A DNA stretch of 64,000 nucleotides from an uncultured delta proteobacterium (GTDB taxonomy: Bacteria > Desulfobacterota > Binatia > Binatales > Binataceae): positions 392,792-456,791 of the forward strand of contig CAWCDG010000003.1 of assembly GCA_963794325.1 (NCBI GenBank). The letters run 5' to 3'. The notes under the pieces were generated by a model that was given only the letters and a program-made list of their open reading frames with translations, did no database searches and was not told where the DNA came from. Shown piece after piece: positions 29,209-38,824 of this stretch (positions are counted from its first letter, which is position 1; every line of letters begins with the position of its first letter). The position numbers and the translations under genes were made by a program.

Positions 29209-29221
29209 GGCACTCTTCCTC

Positions 29222-29435
29222 ACTCCGGTTGCCCTTCCCACAATGGGAAGGGGTTAGGGGTTAGAGCTTGCCCTGAGCAACGCCGAAGGGTCGCGGACAT
29301 TCTCCACCAACCCCGCACGCACACTCCGGTTCCCCTTCCCGCTCGGTAAGAGGTCACTCCTAAAAATCCGGTTCCCCTTCCCACTATGGGAAGGGGTTAG
29401 GGGTTAGAGCTTGCCCTGAGCAACGCCGAAGGGTC
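29222..29435. repeat. Family A+D composite repeat cluster
   Basis: CCCTTCCCAC(A/T)ATGGGAAGGGGTTAGGGGTTAGAGCTTGCCCTGAGCAACGCCGAAGGGTCGCG twice, with a degenerate A unit between. Confidence 0.88.
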
Positions 29436-29617
29436 GCGTGCATTCTCCACCAACGCCCGAAGCACCGCCCTTCCAACGTTGTACCAAAGTACAATACCCA
29501 TCCTCCTCCCAATCAACGATCCTGCACCCAACACATCGAACGGCTACCGTGACGCACGGAGTTCCAATACCCGCTCGAACGTTAAGCGTTGCGCGCTCAC
29601 AGAAGAGGAAACACAAC

Positions 29618-31087
29618 ATGGGTATGACTAAGCGAATATTCTTCAACGGCGGTGTGGCCACCGCCCTCGTCATGGTCCTCATTGCAACCTGCGCGGCCGG
29701 CAACGATGCCGTTTCCAACGCGGAGAAGCCGGAAAAGAACAACCCCGGTATCGCCGAAACGAAAGACATCGCCGAGGAGGGTTTCATCTACGGCTTGCCC
29801 ATCGTGATGAACTACGCGGTTATGTACGAGTATGCAGCGGACCGCAACTCGGGCCAGTTCAAGGCGCCGTTCAATCAAATCAAGAATGAGGCCCGCGTTT
29901 ATACCTACAAGGACACCGCCGTCATCACACCGAACAGCGACACACCTTATTCCATCTTATGGTTGGATCTCCGGGCGGAGCCGATAGTGCTGTCCGTCCC
30001 GGCAGTCGAAAGGGATCGCTATTACTCAGCCATGCTCTGCGATGGCAACACCTACAACTACGGTTATATCGGTAGTCGCGCTACCGGCAGCGAAGCCGGC
30101 GATTACATGGTAGTTGGACCCGACTGGAATGGCGCGACGCCGGCCGGCATCAAGAAGGTGTTCCGGTCCGGCACGCAGTTTTCGGCTGTTGCGTACCGCA
30201 CCCAGCTCTTCAACGCAGCCGACATGCCGAATGTGGTCAAGATTCAGGACGGCTACAAGGTGCAGGCGCTCTCGGCGTATCTCCACCAGCCTGCGCCGCC
30301 CGCCGCTCCAGCCATCGACTTCCCGAAGATCGATAAGGAAATGGTGAAGACCAATTTCTTCGAGTATCTCGACTTCGCCTTGCAGTTCGCCCCGCCTGGC
30401 TCGGACGAAAAAGAAATCCGCGCGAAGCTGGCACGTATCGGAATCGGCGCTGGCAAGACTTTCGATTTCAAAGACCTCGACCTTAAGCACAAAGTTGAGG
30501 TCGGGTTGGGCATGAAAGATGGCGAGAAACAAATAGTGGCCGCTGCCGCCAACACTGGCAAGGAGGAAAACAGTTGGGTGGTCGGCGGACTGGCTGGGGG
30601 TGATCGCGCCTTCTTCAACGGCGACTGGCTTAAACGTGCCGCCGTGGCGAAAGCCGGAATCTACGCGAATGACCCAGCGGAAGCGATGTATCCCTTGACC
30701 CGCAAGGACGGTAACGGCGAGAAACTCGACGGCAGCAAGCACAACTACACGCTCACCTTCGCCGCCGGACAGTTCCCGCCGGTGAATGCCTTCTGGTCGG
30801 TGACAATGTATGACGGCAAGAGCCAGCTCCTGATCGAGAATTCAATCAACCGCTACCTCATCAACTCGCCGATGCTGCCGAACATGAAGAAGAATGAGGA
30901 CGGTTCGCTGACGATTTATATTCAGAAAGATTCGCCGGGCGCGGACAAGGAAGCCAACTGGCTGCCCGCGCCAAACGACCCCATCTATCTCGTCATGCGT
31001 CTTTACTGGCCAAAGACCGAAGCACCTTCGATTCTGCCGCCGGGCGAAGGCACGTGGAAACCTCCAGCAGTGAACAAGGTCAGCTGA
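29618..31087 (+). CDS. DUF1254/DUF1214 domain exported protein
   Basis: TPNSDTPYS, WLDLRAEP, PPVNAFWSVTMY, NWLPAP, RLYWP. Confidence 0.9.
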   Translation: MGMTKRIFFNGGVATALVMVLIATCAAGNDAVSNAEKPEKNNPGIAETKDIAEEGFIYGLPIVMNYAVMYEYAADRNSGQFKAPFNQIKNEARVYTYKDTAVITPNSDTPYSILWLDLRAEPIVLSVPAVERDRYYSAMLCDGNTYNYGYIGSRATGSEAGDYMVVGPDWNGATPAGIKKVFRSGTQFSAVAYRTQLFNAADMPNVVKIQDGYKVQALSAYLHQPAPPAAPAIDFPKIDKEMVKTNFFEYLDFALQFAPPGSDEKEIRAKLARIGIGAGKTFDFKDLDLKHKVEVGLGMKDGEKQIVAAAANTGKEENSWVVGGLAGGDRAFFNGDWLKRAAVAKAGIYANDPAEAMYPLTRKDGNGEKLDGSKHNYTLTFAAGQFPPVNAFWSVTMYDGKSQLLIENSINRYLINSPMLPNMKKNEDGSLTIYIQKDSPGADKEANWLPAPNDPIYLVMRLYWPKTEAPSILPPGEGTWKPPAVNKVS

Positions 31088-31168
31088 AGCTGCGAGTTGG
31101 CGCTATGACATCGAATCTGTTCCCTGCGAATGCGCGATGCTGAGGCTGCTGTTGAACGGAGGCTAACT

Positions 31169-32086
31169 ATGAAACTCCAATACGCCAGGGTGATTGCCCT
31201 GATAGGACTCATTGGCGTCCTGATCGTCGCGAATGCCTCGGCGCAAACCACGCAAAACCCGCCGACGGTCGATGAGTCAACTCTGCCCGATCACGAGAAA
31301 TCAGCGACCGAGGTCAACAAGGAACTCTCGAATCCCATATCCAGCATCTGGGCACTCCAGATTCAGGAAAACACCTTCTTCATCCATCCGGGTATCGAGG
31401 ACAAGTCGAGCCGCAATGCGGTCAACGTCCAGTTCCAGCCGGTCCTGCCGCTGGCTCTGACCGACGACTGGAACCTGATCACGCGGCCAGTCTTTCAGCT
31501 GGTCAACTCAGTACCGGTGCCAACGCGTACCGGCCGTATCTATCAAGCAACAGGTTTCGGCGACACAATCCTGGCGACGCTTCTTTCGCCGAGCCCGAGA
31601 CTGGCCGGACCGTGGCTCCTCGGCGCCGGACCTACCTTCATCTTTCCTACCGGAACGACGACCAACGTCGGCCAGAAAAAATGGCAGCTAGGGCCCGGCG
31701 GGGTCTTTGGCTATCTCGGCGAGCACTACATCGTCGGCGTATTTCCGCAGCAATGGTTCTCGGTCGCCGGCAATGGATCTAAGCAGACCAGCCAGATGAA
31801 TGTGCAATACTTCGCGGCGTACTTTCTGCCGCACGGTTGGTCCGTCGGCACTTCGCCGAACGTGCTGATCAACTGGTATGCGAGCGAAGGGAACAAGGTG
31901 ACCTTTCCTATCGGCCTCAACGTATCGAAAGTGCAAAAGCTCGGCATCCTGCCAGTGAAGTTCCAGGTCCAGGGCCAGTACATGCCGGTCAACCCCTCAG
32001 TCTTCGGCCAGCGCTGGAACATCCAGGTCGCAATCACCCCAGTCATCCCGAAACTAATCAAAGGAAATATCCTCGGAGATTGGTGA
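31169..32086 (+). CDS. Exported protein, probable outer-membrane beta-barrel of the type often found with DUF1254 genes
   Basis: Signal peptide, LSNPIS, FQPVLP, WNLITR, GFGD, GAGPTF; GGAGG RBS. Confidence 0.65.
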   Translation: MKLQYARVIALIGLIGVLIVANASAQTTQNPPTVDESTLPDHEKSATEVNKELSNPISSIWALQIQENTFFIHPGIEDKSSRNAVNVQFQPVLPLALTDDWNLITRPVFQLVNSVPVPTRTGRIYQATGFGDTILATLLSPSPRLAGPWLLGAGPTFIFPTGTTTNVGQKKWQLGPGGVFGYLGEHYIVGVFPQQWFSVAGNGSKQTSQMNVQYFAAYFLPHGWSVGTSPNVLINWYASEGNKVTFPIGLNVSKVQKLGILPVKFQVQGQYMPVNPSVFGQRWNIQVAITPVIPKLIKGNILGDW

Positions 32087-32133
32087 TTCGATCGCGTTCC
32101 GTTCGCGTTTCGTTCTCCTGAACTAAATTGCCA

Positions 32134-32157
32134 AAAACGTTTCACGTGAAACGTTTT
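32134..32157. promoter_or_regulatory. parS: parS-type centromere site
   Basis: Perfect 24-bp palindrome AAAACGTTTCACGTGAAACGTTTT containing the parS core GTTTCACGTGAAAC. Confidence 0.78.
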
Positions 32158-32281
32158 GCCTAGAAAACGTTGTAAATCCAGGTACTTAACGATCTCAGGT
32201 GCCTCAATTCGAACACAATTTAATTGCTGCTGTGAAAAAGAACCTTAGAGCAAAATGGCGTCCTCGCCATTTTGCGATTAG

Positions 32282-32340
32282 TACTGGGTGCAGGGGTCAC
32301 CCCTGCCGCGGAAGCGTGAAACCCGCGCAGGGTTTCGCAT
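32282..32340. repeat. Family B repeat, long form with a second hairpin
   Basis: GCAGGGGTCACCCCTGC then GTGAAACCC-GCGCA-GGGTTTCGC. Confidence 0.8.
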
Positions 32341-32403
32341 TCAATCAATTGAGTTTCGAATTCGCTCCCATCGTGTCACATTGGCGCGGGAGAAATTTTC
32401 GCG

Positions 32404-33906
32404 ATGCCTCAGGTCATACTCGCGATCGACCAGGGAACTACCGGCACTACCGTCTTCGTCGTCGATTCGCGCGCGCGGATTCGCGGGCGCGCTTACTCCG
32501 AGATTCGCCAGTTCTATCCGAAGCCCGGATGGGTCGAGCATGACCCCGAAGAAATCTACCGCTCGGTCATCACGCTTTCGAAGAAGGCTATCGATGCGGC
32601 GAAAGTGAAGGCGTCCGCCATTGCGGGAATCGGCATCACCAATCAGCGCGAGACCTTCGTGGTGTGGGAGCGGCGCAGCGGACGCCCGGTCTATCGCGCG
32701 ATCGTCTGGCAATGCCGGCGCAGTGCCGAAATATGCGACGCGTTGCGTGACCGCGAATCCGACGTCGCTCGCAAGACCGGATTGATCATCGATCCTTATT
32801 TCTCCGGCACCAAGCTCAAATGGTTGCTCGACAGCAAACCCGAGTTGCGCGAGCGTGGTGCGCGCGGCGAGTTGTGCTTCGGCACCATCGACACCTGGCT
32901 GCTCTACAAATTATCGCGCGGTGCGGAGTTCGTGACCGATTACACCAATGCGTCGCGCACGATGCTGTTCAACCTCGCGCGCCGCGGTTGGGACGACGAG
33001 ATGCTTGCGATGCTCAACGTTCCGCGCGAGATGCTTCCGCGCGCGGTGAGCTCGCGCGGTCCGATGGCAGAGACGGCAGCAGGCACAATTGCACCGCATG
33101 CGATTCCAATCGCGGCAGTGATCGGCGATCAACAGTCCGCGCTGTACGGGCAGGGCGCAGTCGCCGCGGGCGATTCGAAAGCGACCTACGGGACCGGCGC
33201 GTTCCTGCTGATGAACACCGGCGACTCGATGGTGCCGTCGAACAATCGATTGCTCACGACCACCGCGCTCGGTCCCAATGGCGAGCCTGCCTATGCGCTC
33301 GAGGGCTCGGTGTTTATCGCGGGCGCTGCAGTGCAATGGCTTCGCGACGGCCTCAAGCTGGTGCGCAGGGCCGAGGACACCGATGCTGAGGCGCGCGCCA
33401 GTGTCGCGAAGAATAAGGATCGCACGCAGCCTTACGTGGTGCCGGCGTTCGTCGGCCTCGGCGCGCCGTACTGGGATGCGAACGCGCGCGGCGCGATCAC
33501 GGGAATCACGCGCGGCACGACTCGCGCCGATATCGTGCGCGCGACGCTCGACAGTATCGCCTACCAGGTGCGCGATGTGATCGTTGCGATGGAATCCGAC
33601 ACCGGCCATCCGATGAGCGAGTTGCGGGCCGACGGTGGCGCGACTGCGAACCGCTACCTGATGCAGTTCCAGGCGGATATCCTTGGCAAGCCGGTGCGCC
33701 GCGCTAAAATCGCGGAGACCACTGCGATGGGCGCCGCGATGCTCGCGGGTCTTGCCGTGGGACTCTGGAAATCGCCGGATGAGTTGCACGCGCTCATCAA
33801 AGGAGCCGACCTGTTCAAGCCCAAAATGCAAAATGCGGAGCGTGAACGATTGCTCGCCGGATGGCATGATGCGGTCTCGCGCACACTCACGCGCCCGTCG
33901 AATTGA
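32404..33906 (+). CDS. glpK: Glycerol kinase
   Basis: AIDQGTT, ITNQRET, IVWQCRR, GDQQ, TYGTG, LEGS, APYW. Confidence 0.95.
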   Translation: MPQVILAIDQGTTGTTVFVVDSRARIRGRAYSEIRQFYPKPGWVEHDPEEIYRSVITLSKKAIDAAKVKASAIAGIGITNQRETFVVWERRSGRPVYRAIVWQCRRSAEICDALRDRESDVARKTGLIIDPYFSGTKLKWLLDSKPELRERGARGELCFGTIDTWLLYKLSRGAEFVTDYTNASRTMLFNLARRGWDDEMLAMLNVPREMLPRAVSSRGPMAETAAGTIAPHAIPIAAVIGDQQSALYGQGAVAAGDSKATYGTGAFLLMNTGDSMVPSNNRLLTTTALGPNGEPAYALEGSVFIAGAAVQWLRDGLKLVRRAEDTDAEARASVAKNKDRTQPYVVPAFVGLGAPYWDANARGAITGITRGTTRADIVRATLDSIAYQVRDVIVAMESDTGHPMSELRADGGATANRYLMQFQADILGKPVRRAKIAETTAMGAAMLAGLAVGLWKSPDELHALIKGADLFKPKMQNAERERLLAGWHDAVSRTLTRPSN

Positions 33907-33927
33907 ATCGAGGAATTTATAAAAAAG

Positions 33928-34566
33928 ATGCCTGAGAATGGAAAACCGTACGTCACCGCTCTCTACCCCGAGCAGCACGATCAGGCCGCCGACTCGCTCG
34001 GCCGCGCCTTTATCAACGATCCGACTTTCAAGGCGATAATTCCGGATATAACCGATCCGGTCGAGCGCGCCACGCGCCTGGCGGATTTGTTTCGCGGGAT
34101 GCTGGCGATTGAGCGCCGCTCTGGACAGCCGGTGTTCGGTATCGTCGATGACAACGGACGCGTCGTTGCAGCGGCGATGACCGAAGGTGTCGGGCATGCG
34201 GGCGCGCTAGGTATGATCACCACCGGCCTTGGACAGATGCCGCGGATGATGCGCGCGCTCGGACTGGGCGGATTGTGGCGCGGGCTGAATCTGGTCAGCG
34301 TCCTGTCGGAGAATCATCCCAAGGAGCCGCATCTGTACCTGCAAGTGCTCGGATGCGATCCGCCGTTCCAGGGCAAAGGCTACGGCAAGGCGCTGGTCGA
34401 CCGGCTCGCGCTGGAAGCGAAGGCGCGTCCTGAAATCGCAGGCGTGTACCTCGAGACGATGACCGAAGCCAACGTCGCGTTCTACAGTTCTCGCGGCTAC
34501 GAGATTTTAGGCGAGCTGTTCCCGCTCGGCGTCAGAACGTGGCGCATGTACCAGCGCAAGCGCTGA
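33928..34566 (+). CDS. GNAT N-acetyltransferase
   Basis: HLYLQVLGCDPPFQGKGYG, YLET, NVAFY. Confidence 0.85.
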   Translation: MPENGKPYVTALYPEQHDQAADSLGRAFINDPTFKAIIPDITDPVERATRLADLFRGMLAIERRSGQPVFGIVDDNGRVVAAAMTEGVGHAGALGMITTGLGQMPRMMRALGLGGLWRGLNLVSVLSENHPKEPHLYLQVLGCDPPFQGKGYGKALVDRLALEAKARPEIAGVYLETMTEANVAFYSSRGYEILGELFPLGVRTWRMYQRKR

Positions 34567-34577
34567 GCGCGTCAGCT

Positions 34578-34620
34578 CCCGTTCCCCTTCCCACTATGGG
34601 AAGGGGTTAGGGGTTAGGTT
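34578..34620. repeat. Family A repeat between convergent genes
   Basis: GTTCCCCTTCCCACTATGGGAAGGGGTTAGGGGTTAGG. Confidence 0.85.
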
Positions 34621-34627
34621 CTTCGCA

Positions 34628-34906
34628 TCACGATGCGGCGGTGCGCGGCTGTATCGTTGTGACGCGCAGGCCCTTCGAGGTCCAGCCGACGTCGAAGCCG
34701 ACGATGTCGCCTTCGCGGATCAGATCGATTCCCGGCATCGTGCCGCCGATTCTCGCGCCCGCCACCGCCACGAACGGAAACTCGAACGGGATCTCCTTGC
34801 CGCTATGCGATCGCACCACGCCACGCCCGCGCGCGCGGTCGAGCTTGAGAATCATCCCCTGATAGAAATTTCCCGGAAAGCGCTCACTGTCGTAATCGTC
34901 ACCCAC
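34628..34906 (-). CDS. Small cold-shock-domain-like OB-fold protein
   Basis: YQGMILKLDRARGRGVV...LIREGDIVGFDV...GLRVTTI pattern parallels the cold-shock domain. Confidence 0.55.
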   Translation of the reverse strand: MGDDYDSERFPGNFYQGMILKLDRARGRGVVRSHSGKEIPFEFPFVAVAGARIGGTMPGIDLIREGDIVGFDVGWTSKGLRVTTIQPRTAAS

Positions 34907-34954
34907 GACCTATAGGGAGTAGCATCCCCATGCGGTGCGTTAAAGCTGCGACGG

Positions 34955-35260
34955 CTACGGCATCGACAGGCAGATTTGCAGCTGGGTGAGCGCATTGTCG
35001 ATATACCCGATCGCGTTGGCCTTATGCCCGTGATAGTCACTCACGGCTTTGGCCTGTAGTACGTAGCGCGCATGCTGTAGCTCGCTCATCGCTTGTGAGA
35101 TTTCAGGATGGCCAGCCGGCGGAGGTCCTCCGTAATAGCCCGGGCCGTTCGGTACCGGACCGTAAGGACTCGTGCTGTAGGCGGGAGTCTGCGAGCAAGC
35201 GGCACACGCGAGCAGGACCCCGAATATGAGACCGCTGGCGAAACTCAATCCTTTGATCAC
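34955..35260 (-). CDS. Small hypothetical lipoprotein
   Basis: GTG after AGGAGG, lipobox CAAC, DYHGHKANAIGYID helix pair. Confidence 0.65.
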   Translation of the reverse strand: MIKGLSFASGLIFGVLLACAACSQTPAYSTSPYGPVPNGPGYYGGPPPAGHPEISQAMSELQHARYVLQAKAVSDYHGHKANAIGYIDNALTQLQICLSMP

Positions 35261-35433
35261 AAGAACCCTCCTTTCAGTTGAAACGGCGATCGAAATTTTT
35301 TCGGAGGTCGCCACCCATCGCGCGGCAATTTACCACAGCGTCGATCGGAGCGCATCGAGAAATCTGCCGGAGCGTTCCATATCCCGCTCAAAGCCGATAA
35401 GTTTGAAGACGACTGCGCGAGCGGCTTCCAGGA

Positions 35434-36219
35434 ATGGCCACAGTTGAACGTCTAAAACCGGGCGAGATCACCGACCCTGACCGGGCCGAGACGCTGGCGC
35501 TTCGCGGCGAAGGCCTGGTCAAGGTTTACGGCGGGCGCGCGGTCGTCGACAACGTCAATGTAATCGTCAAGCCCGGCGAGGTCGTCGGATTCCTCGGTCC
35601 CAACGGCGCGGGCAAGACCACCACGTTCTACATGCTGGTGGGGCTGCTCAAGCCCGACAAAGGCCGCATCATGTTCGGCGGCGAGGACATCACGACATTG
35701 CCGCTCTATCAGCGGGCGCGGCGCGGGATTTCCTACCTGCCGCAGGAGCCGAGCGTCTTCCGCAAGCTGACCGTCGAGCAGAATCTGCTGGCGGTGCTCG
35801 AAACGCTGCCACTCACCGAAGAGGAGAGATACGCGCGGCTGCAGACGCTGCTCGACGAACTCGGCATCGCGAAACTGGCGAAATCCAAGGCCGGCGTGCT
35901 CTCCGGCGGAGAGCGCAGGCGCGTCGAGATCACGCGCGCGCTGGTGCTCGATCCGGTCTATCTATGCCTCGATGAGCCGTTTGCCGGAATCGATCCGATC
36001 ACGGTGGTCGAAATTCAGCGCGTCGTGACCTATCTCAAGGAGCGCGGCATCGGGGTGCTGATGTCGGATCACAACGTGCACGCCACGCTGTCGATCATCG
36101 ATCGCGCCTATATCATTCATTCAGGCAAGATTCTGTTCGAAGGCAAGCCGCGCGATATCGTCGCCAGCGACGCTGTGCGCCAGGTGTTCCTGGGCGAGCG
36201 GTTCAAGCTGGCTAGATAG
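35434..36219 (+). CDS. lptB: LPS export ABC ATPase
   Basis: GPNGAGKTT, YLPQEPSVFRKL, LSGGERRRVEI, DEPFAGIDP, DHNV. Confidence 0.95.
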   Translation: MATVERLKPGEITDPDRAETLALRGEGLVKVYGGRAVVDNVNVIVKPGEVVGFLGPNGAGKTTTFYMLVGLLKPDKGRIMFGGEDITTLPLYQRARRGISYLPQEPSVFRKLTVEQNLLAVLETLPLTEEERYARLQTLLDELGIAKLAKSKAGVLSGGERRRVEITRALVLDPVYLCLDEPFAGIDPITVVEIQRVVTYLKERGIGVLMSDHNVHATLSIIDRAYIIHSGKILFEGKPRDIVASDAVRQVFLGERFKLAR

Positions 36220-36221
36220 GA

Positions 36222-36245
36222 GTGGGGCGGGCCGCCGTGCCCGCC
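36222..36245. repeat. Palindromic repeat family C (GTGGGGCGGGCCGCCGTGCCCGCC)
   Basis: Identical copies at 60547 and inverted at 60642. Confidence 0.8.
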
Positions 36246-36263
36246 ACATCGAAGCGGGTCGAA

Positions 36264-37088
36264 TCAGAAAGTGCCAGGCGCGCTCGCGCCGAATCCGGAA
36301 TTTGGCATCGGCGGCGGATAACTCGGATAGCCGTAGCCGCCGTAGCTCGGCGCGTAGCCGGAACTGAATCCGCCGAAACCTCCGCCGTAGCCGCCGCTGC
36401 CACCGCCGATCGACAAACCGCTACCCCCACCGCCCAACAGAAGCGGGAGGAGCATACCGAGCATGCTCGGCGGGGGCCCGCTGTACTGCTGATACTGCTG
36501 CATCTGCTGGCCCTGGGCCGCGTAGGCCTGCGCGTCGGGCGGCATGTTGTTCTGATAATCCTGGATCGAACCGGATGCGGCATAGGGATCGGATCCATTA
36601 GTCGGCACCGCGTTGGACGGAACTCCGTTGACGGTAGACCCGGAACTGCCGCTGCTGCTACCACCAGCCAACTCAGGACTGATCTTGATGCGGTTGTCGA
36701 CCACTAGTGACGAGTCCTTCAGATAGTGGCGCGCCTTCTGCTCGGCGTCGGTCTTGCCAAAATCGCTCGCGACGAAACCGAACAGAATAACCTGCTTGCC
36801 GCCGCTCGGACTGGTAACGACTTGCGCGCCAACCAGCGGCAGCGAGTGATGCTTCAAATAATCAGAGAGGCCCTGGCTCTGCGGAGAATCGATCGTCCCG
36901 CCGGCGACCGTGCCCGAGCTCGACGACGGCGGCATGCTCGAACTGGAATCGTAATTATTGGAAGTCCCCAGCTTCGACGCATGAGTCGCGCCGGTTCCAT
37001 TTGGATTCTGCACCGGCTCGCATGCGCTCAATCCCGCGAGTGCGAGCGACAGCCCGAAGACCGCCAGTGCCTTAACAATCCGACTCAT
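36264..37088 (-). CDS. Lipoprotein with BON-like domain and Ser/Gly/Gln/Tyr low-complexity tail
   Basis: Lipobox LSAC; VILFGFV...VVDNRIKI. Confidence 0.65.
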   Translation of the reverse strand: MSRIVKALAVFGLSLALAGLSACEPVQNPNGTGATHASKLGTSNNYDSSSSMPPSSSSGTVAGGTIDSPQSQGLSDYLKHHSLPLVGAQVVTSPSGGKQVILFGFVASDFGKTDAEQKARHYLKDSSLVVDNRIKISPELAGGSSSGSSGSTVNGVPSNAVPTNGSDPYAASGSIQDYQNNMPPDAQAYAAQGQQMQQYQQYSGPPPSMLGMLLPLLLGGGGSGLSIGGGSGGYGGGFGGFSSGYAPSYGGYGYPSYPPPMPNSGFGASAPGTF

Positions 37089-37232
37089 AGGTCGAAGTAT
37101 AGTCCAGTGGCATTCACCTAACAATTCGACGAATTTTGGGTGATTTCGTTTCATTTTGCGATTAGCGCTTCGCGTTGCGAGAATGCGTTACTCATTGTGC
37201 GAGAGGAGGCGCATCGAATCTACGGTTTCCGA

Positions 37233-37248
37233 TGGCACGTTCGGTGCA
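37233..37248 (+). promoter_or_regulatory. Putative sigma54 (-24/-12) promoter
   Basis: TGGCACGTTCGGTGCA with GG-N10-GC spacing, directly upstream of the hemerythrin-like gene. Confidence 0.6.
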
Positions 37249-37260
37249 GAGTAGAAGGCC

Positions 37261-37785
37261 ATGGAGATGGCGATGGCTCTCAGCAAGGAAAATCGGGTTC
37301 AGCTCGATCGAAAGCTCGCGACGGCGGAGGTCGAAGCCGCGCTCGCGCGATTGAGCAACGAAGACTCAAAGCTCGGCGAGCGACTGATCAACGCAGCGGT
37401 CGCCGGTGCGGTGGTCGCGCGTCAGCCGGCTGACAAGATGTTGCGAGCCGAGGCGGCCGAGGCCTGGAACTCAATTAAGACCGTTCTCAATAATCACCTC
37501 AGCAGCGAAGAGGAAATCGTTCTGCCGTGGATGAAGTCGCAGCAGAACTTCCCACCGGATCTGATCCTGCGCACCTGCGAACAACACGTCCGGCTGCGCG
37601 AACTCGCGCGTACCGTCGACGCCGTTTCGTTCATCACGGGTTCGAATGAAGACGTGACGAAGGCGGGCACCGCGCTGACGGCATTTGCGGTATGCCTCGA
37701 CGATCTGATCGATGGCGAAGAACGCGATTTGTTCCCGATGATTCAGCGATGTCTGTTTGGGGAATCGAGCGGTGAGGGCGCTTAA
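37261..37785 (+). CDS. Hemerythrin/HHE-like domain protein
   Basis: HLSSEEEIVLPW, EQHVRL, EERDLFP; true start may be 37273. Confidence 0.7.
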   Translation: MEMAMALSKENRVQLDRKLATAEVEAALARLSNEDSKLGERLINAAVAGAVVARQPADKMLRAEAAEAWNSIKTVLNNHLSSEEEIVLPWMKSQQNFPPDLILRTCEQHVRLRELARTVDAVSFITGSNEDVTKAGTALTAFAVCLDDLIDGEERDLFPMIQRCLFGESSGEGA

Positions 37786-37794
37786 ACGGCGTGA

Positions 37795-37867
37795 TCTAAC
37801 CTCAAAACCTAACCCCTAACCCCTTCCCGAGCGGGAAGGGGAACCGGATTTAAGAGGGAAGGGGAAC
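37795..37867. repeat. Family A repeat, reverse orientation
   Basis: CCTAACCCCTAACCCCTTCCCGAGCGGGAAGGGGAACCGG. Confidence 0.85.
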
Positions 37868-37880
37868 AATCGCGGGAAAA

Positions 37881-38684
37881 CTATCTCGGGTAGTCGATCT
37901 CTACCAGGAAATCGCGCACCAGCTGATTGAAGACCGGGGCGTTTTCGAAATAGATCGAATGGCCGCTACCGGGGACTGTGCGGAGTCGTGAATCGGGTAG
38001 CGCTGCGGCGAGCGCCTTGACGATCTGCGGTCGGATCAACGTGTCCTCTTCGCCAACCATGCAAAGTATCGGCATCGTGAGGCGGCTCTTCACGGCGGCG
38101 AGATCGTAGCGCAGGCCGATCAATCGAACGCCGGCGTCGGCGGGAGGGCGCGCGCCGTGAATCCGGATCTCCTCGTACAGAAAAGCCATCGCGGGATGCT
38201 TCGCGAAATAATCTGCGGCATATGTCGGCAACGATCCGATGGGCGGGGACGCATCGACAGCGAGCGGCGCGCGCGGTGCTTCGAACTTCATATCAGGCGT
38301 GAAGATTCCGCCCGGCGTATCCGCCATCACCATCGCCGCGACCCGCTCAGGATGCTCGAGCGCGTAGCCGACGATCGTCCATCCGCCCATCGACTGCCCG
38401 ATCAACACTGCCTTGTCGATCTTCAGATGGTCGAGCAGTGCGCCGAGGTCGTTCGAATGCGCGCGATTGAAAACACCATCCGGATCGGGTGACAGGCCGA
38501 AGCCGCGCTGATCGACCGTGATACATTCGAACGAGCGCATGAAGTAGGGGACCTGCTGCCACCATGACAGATGGTTGCCGCCAAGCCCGTGGAGAAAAAC
38601 GATCGGCGTGCCGGCGCCGACCCGCTCGTAGTACAGCGAGAATTTACCAATCTCCAATCTGCCCGGCGTGATTCGATATTCCAT
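37881..38684 (-). CDS. Alpha/beta hydrolase
   Basis: FLHGLGG, DQRGFG, GQSMGG, GEED, GH. Confidence 0.9.
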   Translation of the reverse strand: MEYRITPGRLEIGKFSLYYERVGAGTPIVFLHGLGGNHLSWWQQVPYFMRSFECITVDQRGFGLSPDPDGVFNRAHSNDLGALLDHLKIDKAVLIGQSMGGWTIVGYALEHPERVAAMVMADTPGGIFTPDMKFEAPRAPLAVDASPPIGSLPTYAADYFAKHPAMAFLYEEIRIHGARPPADAGVRLIGLRYDLAAVKSRLTMPILCMVGEEDTLIRPQIVKALAAALPDSRLRTVPGSGHSIYFENAPVFNQLVRDFLVEIDYPR

Positions 38685-38824
38685 CGCGATTCTCCGTCAT
38701 GCCAGTTGTACGACTAGCCTTTCCGGTTGTCGATGCGAAGGCCGGACAGTAGTTGTGCGACGTGGGAAGCTATTCTTCCCCGACCGGGACGCGAGCTGGG
38801 CTGGGAGGCCCAGGGCTGGCGGAT

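Noticed and set aside
29222-29435. CRISPR-like appearance of tandem palindromic repeats
   Set aside because: Only 2-3 irregular units, intervening DNA is itself repetitive, the same units are dispersed across the window, and no cas genes are present.
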